From: Prolixibacteraceae bacterium
GTDB lineage: Bacteria; Bacteroidota; Bacteroidia; Bacteroidales; Prolixibacteraceae
Assembly: GCA_038562555.1 (NCBI GenBank)
Contig: JBCFBK010000003.1
Span: forward strand, 104,343-168,342
DNA length: 64,000 nt
Direction: 5' to 3'
The notes under the pieces are model-generated. The model had not been told where the DNA came from, did not search any database, and worked only from the letters and a program-made list of their open reading frames with translations. The position numbers were made by a program, and so were the translations under genes. Below are positions 58,294 to 64,000 of this stretch, piece by piece (position 1 is the first letter of the stretch; the number at the start of each line of letters is the position of its first letter).

Positions 58294-58310
58294 GTTCCTT
58301 ATTCCGGCGG

Positions 58311-58353
58311 TAAAAAATAAACTGAACCTTTCGCCGCCGTTTTTGGATAGTTT
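58311..58353 (+). terminator. Possible weak terminator or attenuator between the coiled-coil lipoprotein gene and the outer-membrane protein gene.
   Basis: CCGGCGG is followed by a 22-nt A-rich loop, then CCGCCGTTTTTGG. Confidence 0.35.
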
Positions 58354-59158
58354 TTACTCTAAAATCCTGATTCTGATGAAAAAATTAATTATATTTTTAA
58401 CGGTCACCATATCCTTTGGACCTTTGGCAGCACAGAAAACGGTACCGGGGCCTGAGAAGGGAACGGTCACCGTTGCGCTGATGCTGGGCAGTGCTGCCAC
58501 CTACGAGTCCGGAAACTGGTTGATGCTTCCCGATCCGCCGGTAACTGGTGAATCGTCGCAAACGGTTTACTCGCCGAACCTGTATAATTATCCCACCCGG
58601 AACTCGCTGATCAACATGATCGGCGCTGAGGGAAAATGGTTCTTTTCCGACACATGGGCATTAAGGCTAAACGGGGCCGGCTTGTTCAGCAGTTCTCCGG
58701 CGTACGAAGGAACGCCCGGCGTTGCAGGCTCAGACCCGGTCAGCTCAATCCCGACTTACAACGATGTACCTGCGAGAGAAGACGCCGAGCTGATTATGAA
58801 CGTGGGCGTGGATAAGTATTATAATACCAGCAACAAGAACCTCTTCTGGTACATCGCCCCGGTTGCCAATTTTCATTATGCCCGGAAAACAGGCTTTGAA
58901 GTAACCGCGACTAACCCGGCAACCGATCCCGGAACCACACGCTATGCCGAAGGGTGGGGAATAGGCCTCTCCGGCATTGCCGGCATTGAGTATTTCGCCA
59001 ACAGCGGACTGGTATTTGGTTTTGAGATCCGGGGTGCCAGTTATACGTATACCATGAATAACATGCTGCCTCAGGATGGACTTAAAAACCTGAAGGCCGA
59101 CAACCACAATATTGGTTTCCTTTCTCAGCCAATGGTGAAGATCGGATTTAAATTTTAA
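58343..59158 (+). CDS. Putative outer-membrane beta-barrel protein (C-terminal Phe), partner of the coiled-coil lipoprotein.
   Basis: A signal peptide is likely from MKKLIIFLTVTISFGPLAAQ (start ~58376). Alternating amphipathic strands are present, and the C terminus is IGFKF. Confidence 0.6.
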   Translation: MDSFYSKILILMKKLIIFLTVTISFGPLAAQKTVPGPEKGTVTVALMLGSAATYESGNWLMLPDPPVTGESSQTVYSPNLYNYPTRNSLINMIGAEGKWFFSDTWALRLNGAGLFSSSPAYEGTPGVAGSDPVSSIPTYNDVPAREDAELIMNVGVDKYYNTSNKNLFWYIAPVANFHYARKTGFEVTATNPATDPGTTRYAEGWGIGLSGIAGIEYFANSGLVFGFEIRGASYTYTMNNMLPQDGLKNLKADNHNIGFLSQPMVKIGFKF

Positions 59159-59171
59159 TAGTCGGTTGTAA

Positions 59172-59218
59172 CTTTTTAAGATCAGCAGGTGCCGTCGGTA
59201 ACCTGCTGATCTTTTTAA
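59172..59218. terminator. Bidirectional intrinsic terminator between the convergent outer-membrane protein gene and the ICMT-like gene.
   Basis: ctttttAAGATCAGCAGGTgccgtcggtAACCTGCTGATCTTTTTaa has a 13-bp stem with T/A runs on both sides. Confidence 0.8.
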
Positions 59219-59236
59219 TGCCCCGAAGGTTGCCGG

Positions 59237-59821
59237 CTATAAATAACGCGGTACGTGTCGCTTGTAATCTGAATACTGGTCATTAAAATGTCCGGTCATG
59301 TATTGTTCTTCACTTAAAATGATAAAGTGGTGTATTACCGTACAAAAAAACGCCGGTGCGGCAATCAGCATGCTCGGAACAAGCAAAAAGCAGGCAGTAA
59401 AAAAGAACCAGAAACTGAGGTACATCGGGTTTCTGGTGATCCGGTATATACCTCCTGTCTTTATAACATGCGGGGAGTTCGGTAGCCCGACCCGGGTAAA
59501 GATACTCATCGTGAAATAGGCCGGAAGCAGGAATAAATTCCCGGCGAGCAGCAAGAGAACACTCATTAATTGCTGCACAGCCGGCACCTCGTTTTGAATA
59601 AGCCATGGGAACCAAAGGAAAAGGCCGGGTTTAAGGCTGGCGGCAAGCAAAACGGCAAACAAAACAGCTACGGTAATTTTTGCTGAAAAGAACAGCCAGG
59701 GAACAATGGCGGGTTTGCCCATGGCTCCCTGCCCGTTGCGAAAAAGCTGGTATCCGAGCAGCAGGGTCGAAAAAAGCGGGAAGGCACTCAGCAGGACTAG
59801 CGCAAACCGGATCAGGTTCAT
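59237..59821 (-). CDS. Isoprenylcysteine carboxyl methyltransferase (ICMT/PEMT)-family membrane methyltransferase.
   Basis: It is 194 aa with ~5 transmembrane segments and the family motif GGIYRITRNPMYLSFWFF. The start overlaps the HMA gene stop by 4 nt. Confidence 0.75.
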   Translation of the reverse strand: MNLIRFALVLLSAFPLFSTLLLGYQLFRNGQGAMGKPAIVPWLFFSAKITVAVLFAVLLAASLKPGLFLWFPWLIQNEVPAVQQLMSVLLLLAGNLFLLPAYFTMSIFTRVGLPNSPHVIKTGGIYRITRNPMYLSFWFFFTACFLLVPSMLIAAPAFFCTVIHHFIILSEEQYMTGHFNDQYSDYKRHVPRYL

Positions 59822-60030
59822 GAGACTCTGCCCTTAAACCGGTATCCAATGCTGTTTATCGCCTTTTCTACTTCCTGAAGATCAATGTTTTCTCCGGCTA
59901 TCTTCACCTCCGACTTATCCTTACTGGCTACCACTTCATCGACCCCTTCCAGCTTTAATAATGAACGGGTTACAGCGGCTTCACAATGGGAGCAGGTCAT
60001 TCCTTCAACTTTAATTGTTTCGATAGTCAT
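59818..60030 (-). CDS. Heavy-metal-associated (HMA) domain protein, CopZ-like metallochaperone.
   Basis: It is 70 aa: MTIETIKVEGMTCSHCEAAVTRSL with the GMTCxxC metal-binding motif. Confidence 0.8.
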   Translation of the reverse strand: MTIETIKVEGMTCSHCEAAVTRSLLKLEGVDEVVASKDKSEVKIAGENIDLQEVEKAINSIGYRFKGRVS

Positions 60031-60046
60031 AGGGAAAAATGTAAAT

Positions 60047-60090
60047 TGTTAAAACTCTCAAACTGTTAAAACTCTCAAATTGTAAAATTG
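60047..60090. repeat. Tandem direct repeats (16 bp x2 plus a degenerate third copy) immediately upstream of the HMA/ICMT-like operon, a candidate operator.
   Basis: TGTTAAAACTCTCAAA c TGTTAAAACTCTCAAA t TGTAAAATTGTTTAAACC. A further pair, CCGGAAACGggagaagggagaCCGGAAACG, follows at 60093-60122. Confidence 0.6.
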
Positions 60091-60188
60091 TTTAAACCAA
60101 AATCCGGAAACGGGAGAAGGGAGACCGGAAACGAGAAATATGGTTTCAAGCTTGCAGCAAAGCGCACAGGCTCACGACTCATGACTCG

Positions 60189-61613
60189 CTACTCATGGCT
60201 AACCGCTTCCACATATAACTGGGCGGCTTCGACCCGGACGACGACAACTTCTGCATTCTTTTCGATCATTCCCCAAAGGGAAACAGCATCATAAATCCGG
60301 TTGTTGATCAGTACTTTTCCTGAGGGGCGCAAAATAGTATAGGCTGTTCCTGTTTTGCCTGTCAAAGCGGCAAGTGTCAGGTCGACGCCAACAAACCCCT
60401 CACTTTTCTCCTGTACGGAATACAATGAAAGGTGCCTGAATACTCCTGTTTCCGCTGAAAATAGTCTTTTGCTTAAAAAAAGGCTAAGCACGAACCCGGC
60501 AAAAACGGCAACAATAACAGTTGTAAGAGCCTCGGTTATTTTTTCAGGATTTACTCCTTCAAAATCGAAGTTGATATTGTTGATCAGGCTCAGCACCAGG
60601 CCCGCAAAGCTCAGCACGATACCCGAAATGCCGGCTACTCCAAAACCGGGCAGCACAAAGATTTCGACCGCGATCAGGATCAGTCCCGCGATAAACAGCA
60701 GGATTTCCCAGTGAGCTGCCAGTCCTTCCAGGTAAAGGGGAGCAAAATAGGCGGTAGCGGCAATTATGGCAACGATCAGCGGAAAGCCTATTCCCGGCGT
60801 TTGCAACTCAAAATACATACCTCCCAGGATGGCCATGATCAGGATACCCGAAACAACCGGATTAACCAGAAAGCCAATGATTTTTTCAAGAAAAGTAGGC
60901 TTATACTCAATAAGTTCATAATCGTCAATGCCGATGTGGTCGAGTACTTCCGGTATATTGGCGGCAATGCCTTCGCAGAAGCCGTATTTAACGGCTTCGC
61001 CGGGTGTCAGGGTAAGCACCTTGCCTGTATCGACAATCCCTTTAATATAAACACGTTCATCAACCATGGCTTCCGCGATCTTTGGATCGCGGAACCACTT
61101 GAAGATGGTGTCGTTTGCGGTGATAACGGTGTCTGCGCCATGTGACTCGGCAGTTGCCCGCATAATAGACCGCATATACGACTGGTATTTGTCGGGCATC
61201 TGTTGTCCGGTCTGGTCGACCACGGTGGCTGCTCCGATCGAAGAGCCCTGGCGCATGTATATACTGTCGCAGGCAATGGAAATAAGAGCGCCTGCACTGG
61301 CCGCATTATTGTCAATGAAGACATAAACAGGGATGCGGCAGCTTAGAATTTTTGTGCGGATCGAGTCGGCATCAAGAACAGTCCCGCCATAAGTATTCAT
61401 ATGGATCAGAAAAACGTCGGCCTCCAGGCTGTCGGCTTCGGCAAATGCCTGGCGTGTTTTTCTCCATGTACCGGGCATAATGTTCTCCCGGATGTCGAAT
61501 TTATAGACCAGCGTCTTTTGTTTTTCTCCGGGCTGAGTGGCCGATTCCTGCGCAATGCAGGTAAACAACCAGATAAAAAAGAAAAAGATAGCAGGGATCG
61601 CGGCTCGTTTCAT
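60189..61613 (-). CDS. Long-form NfeD-family membrane-bound serine protease (ClpP/S49-like domain plus transmembrane segments plus OB).
   Basis: It is 474 aa with a signal peptide, a ClpP-like domain (VFLIHMNTYGGTVLDADSIRTKIL...VFIDNNAASAGALISIACDSIYM), then 4-5 transmembrane segments and a C-terminal OB domain. Confidence 0.8.
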   Translation of the reverse strand: MKRAAIPAIFFFFIWLFTCIAQESATQPGEKQKTLVYKFDIRENIMPGTWRKTRQAFAEADSLEADVFLIHMNTYGGTVLDADSIRTKILSCRIPVYVFIDNNAASAGALISIACDSIYMRQGSSIGAATVVDQTGQQMPDKYQSYMRSIMRATAESHGADTVITANDTIFKWFRDPKIAEAMVDERVYIKGIVDTGKVLTLTPGEAVKYGFCEGIAANIPEVLDHIGIDDYELIEYKPTFLEKIIGFLVNPVVSGILIMAILGGMYFELQTPGIGFPLIVAIIAATAYFAPLYLEGLAAHWEILLFIAGLILIAVEIFVLPGFGVAGISGIVLSFAGLVLSLINNINFDFEGVNPEKITEALTTVIVAVFAGFVLSLFLSKRLFSAETGVFRHLSLYSVQEKSEGFVGVDLTLAALTGKTGTAYTILRPSGKVLINNRIYDAVSLWGMIEKNAEVVVVRVEAAQLYVEAVSHE

Positions 61614-61754
61614 GGTACTTGTTTTATTGGATATTCAAAGGTAATATTTTTCAGCTATTCCTGCGAGCCCATGGAGGCAGGCGGCGTCTCTGTTTTTCCG
61701 GTAATGATCCGACTCAAAATATTTACTAACTTTACGGCTCCAAAATAAAAGACG

Positions 61755-63101
61755 ATGGACTTAAATTTACTTACTGCCATTTCACCGATTGATGGTCGCT
61801 ACCGCTCTAAAACAGAAAATTTGCAATTTTATTTTTCAGAGTTTGCCCTGATTAAATACCGGGTCTTTGTGGAAATAGAATACTTTATTGCCTTATGTGA
61901 GCTTCCATTGCCGCAGTTGTCGGGTTTTGACCAAAGGCTGTTTGTTAACCTGAGGGAAATCGTTAAGATGTTTTCTGCAGAGGATGCCGGCCGGGTAAAA
62001 AAAATTGAAAAAATCACCAATCACGACGTGAAAGCCGTCGAATATTTTCTGAAGGAGGAGTTTGACAAGCTTGGATTAACGGGGTATAAAGAATTCATCC
62101 ATTTTGGACTCACTTCGCAGGACATTAACAATACGGCTGTGCCCTGTTCCATACAGGATGCGCTGAACAAGGAATATTATCCGGCTGTGGAAGAAATGCT
62201 TAAAAAACTGGAAGAACTGGCCGAAACGTGGAAAACGGTTCCGATGTTGGCAAAAACGCATGGTCAGCCGGCTTCTCCGACCAACCTGGGAAAGGAGATC
62301 AGGGTGTTCATTGAACGCGTCACGGAACAGTTGGAACAATTGAAAACGATTGCCTGTGATGCCAAGTTCGGAGGGGCGACCGGTAATTTCAATGCACACC
62401 ACGTGGCCTATCCGGAGATCAACTGGCAGCAGTTTGCCAATCGGTTCCTGAGAGATCACCTGCACCTGAAACGTTCGCAATATACCACCCAGATAACCCA
62501 TTACGATAATCATTCAGCCATTTTTGACGCACTGAAACGCATTAACCAGGTGATACTGGATCTTGACCGGGACATGTGGACCTATGTTTCGATGGAGTAT
62601 TTCAAACAGAAGATTAAAGAGGGCGAAATAGGATCTTCGGCTATGCCCCACAAGGTAAACCCGATCGATTTTGAAAATTCGGAAGGAAATATCGGGCTGG
62701 CCAATGCCTTGTTTGAGCACCTCTCGGCAAAACTTCCCATTTCCCGTTTGCAGCGTGACCTTACCGATTCGACCGTTATCCGGAATATTGGTGTTCCGTT
62801 TGGCCATACACTGATTGCCATCAGTTCGACCATGAAGGGTCTTGGTAAGCTGATCATCAATCAGGCTGCCATTGACGCAGATCTTGAAAAGAACTGGGTG
62901 GTTGTGGCTGAAGCCATTCAAACTATACTGAGGCGGGAAGCCTATCCTCATCCATACGAAGCTTTGTTGAACCTGACAAGAACAAACAAAGCGATTAACA
63001 AGGAGGTGATCCACCAGTTTATTGATACGCTGAATGTCAGGGATGAACTGAAGGAGGAATTGAAGCAGATTTCTCCCCGTAATTACACCGGCATTTTTTA
63101 G
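61755..63101 (+). CDS. purB: Adenylosuccinate lyase.
   Basis: It is 448 aa with the fumarate-lyase signature GSSAMPHKVNPIDFEN. Confidence 0.9.
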   Translation: MDLNLLTAISPIDGRYRSKTENLQFYFSEFALIKYRVFVEIEYFIALCELPLPQLSGFDQRLFVNLREIVKMFSAEDAGRVKKIEKITNHDVKAVEYFLKEEFDKLGLTGYKEFIHFGLTSQDINNTAVPCSIQDALNKEYYPAVEEMLKKLEELAETWKTVPMLAKTHGQPASPTNLGKEIRVFIERVTEQLEQLKTIACDAKFGGATGNFNAHHVAYPEINWQQFANRFLRDHLHLKRSQYTTQITHYDNHSAIFDALKRINQVILDLDRDMWTYVSMEYFKQKIKEGEIGSSAMPHKVNPIDFENSEGNIGLANALFEHLSAKLPISRLQRDLTDSTVIRNIGVPFGHTLIAISSTMKGLGKLIINQAAIDADLEKNWVVVAEAIQTILRREAYPHPYEALLNLTRTNKAINKEVIHQFIDTLNVRDELKEELKQISPRNYTGIF

Positions 63102-63128
63102 TGACATGATCGTTTAAATTTATTCGGG

Positions 63129-64000
63129 TGAAGGATATAATCAGATTACTTCGAAGAGTACTGCCTTCTTATAAAGGTAAAGTCGGGTTAAACTTTTTAT
63201 TCAATTTGCTTGCAGCCGTCTTTGGCGCTTTTTCCTTTGGATTGCTGGCACCTGTGCTGGGTATCCTGTTTAATACCGAAGAGGAAGTCCGGGAGTTACT
63301 GCCCTGGGAATTTTCCATTGATACGCTCAAAAATAACGCTTCCTACCTGATTACCTGGATTAAGGACACCCGGGGAGAATCGGCGGCATTGATCTATATC
63401 GGTATGTTTATCGTCCTGATGGTTTTGCTGAAGACGGGATTCACCTACCTGGCCAGTTATGTGATGATCGCTATCCGGAACGGGGTGGTGCGTGATATCA
63501 GAAGCAAAATATACCGGAAAATGATTTCTCTTCCCCTCGGTTTTTTCAATGACGAACGCAAAGGCGATATTATGGCGCGTATGACCGGCGATGTGCAGGA
63601 AATTGAAAATTCGGTGATGAACTCACTCGATATGCTGTTCAAGAACCCGATCCTGATCATGATATCGCTGGTGTACATGATTTATGCCAGTTGGTCGCTT
63701 ACCCTGTTTGTTTTCGTTATGTTGCCCCTGGCAGGTTTTTTAATTGGCCGGATTGGCAAGAGCCTGAAAAAGCAGTCAAGAAGAGGCCAGAGCAAGCAGG
63801 GTGAATTACTCTCGATGATCGATGAAGATATTTCCGGTTTGCGTATAATCAAGGCGTTCACGGCCGAAGAGAAAGCAATTGAACGTTTTGAGCGGGAAAA
63901 TGAAAACTACCGGCTGATCATGAACAGGCTGATGAGCCGTTATTTTCTGGCGCATCCGGTGAGTGAATTTTTAGGGACCGCTTTAATTGTCATGGTTCTT
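63129..64000 (+). CDS. ABC transporter permease/ATPase of the MsbA/lipid-exporter type. It is partial at the 3' end; only the transmembrane domain lies in the window.
   Basis: It has a GTG start and the ABC exporter transmembrane-domain hallmark region GDIMARMTGDVQEIENSVM...RIIKAF. The frame runs off the window end. Confidence 0.75.

Noticed and set aside
60047-60122. A possible CRISPR-like or minisatellite array.
   Set aside because: There are only 2-3 short copies of 16 bp with 1-nt spacers and no spacer-like unique segments. The structure fits an operator or direct-repeat binding site better than a CRISPR array.

Overview
This 64-kb window looks like a Bacteroidota (Bacteroidia-type) chromosome segment. 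The assignment rests on two SusC/SusD pairs, a hybrid two-component regulator with an AraC domain, an ECF sigma/anti-sigma/TonB-transducer trio, and the order mutY-ssb-gldE-like. Gene density is high and there are no transposases, integrases, CRISPR arrays, tRNAs or rRNAs. The window reads in order as follows. (1) The 3' end of a hybrid two-component system gene (HTCS), followed by polysaccharide utilization locus (PUL) 1. PUL 1 comprises a divergent DUF4965-family gene (glutaminase A-like, candidate glycoside hydrolase) with GH43, then GH105, an IPT/TIG-NHL protein, SusC, SusD, a SusE-position lipoprotein and a second, inverted DUF4965 paralog. (2) A second PUL: ECF sigma, FecR anti-sigma, a SusC-type TonB-dependent transducer, SusD and an S1 sulfatase. 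(3) Single-gene units: a DJ-1/PfpI protein, a DMT transporter and a DUF1080 protein. (4) A short-NfeD plus flotillin pair. (5) A TetR-TolC-HlyD efflux operon whose HlyD is truncated and whose inner-membrane pump is missing. (6) An amino-sugar cluster: an MFS sugar symporter, a NagB-LmbE fusion, a GH20 hexosaminidase with a PA14 domain, a hypothetical protein and an AlkP-family enzyme. (7) Housekeeping genes: an alpha/beta-hydrolase-like hypothetical, pgl, zwf, a PPTase, a GldE-like CBS/CorC protein, ssb, mutY, HU, a tiny Thx-like basic ORF, RNase G, DsbD, a coiled-coil lipoprotein with an outer-membrane partner, ICMT-like/HMA/long-NfeD, purB and the 5' end of an MsbA-like ABC exporter. The unexplained signals worth a second look are listed here. 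(a) A dispersed 25-45 bp GTCGTAAG/CTTACGAC repeat family sits at seven or more gene ends, including the HlyD truncation point. (b) An ~88-bp conserved unit forms the first ~29 codons of both SusD-1 and the adjacent lipoprotein gene and contains a covarying 13-bp hairpin. (c) A relic 3' gene fragment lies directly after that lipoprotein gene. (d) Tandem direct repeats lie upstream of the HMA/ICMT-like pair. (e) A 30-codon lysine/arginine-rich ORF between hup and rng is absent from the ORF track. (f) A long hairpin lies in the rng leader. I found no recognisable defence system.
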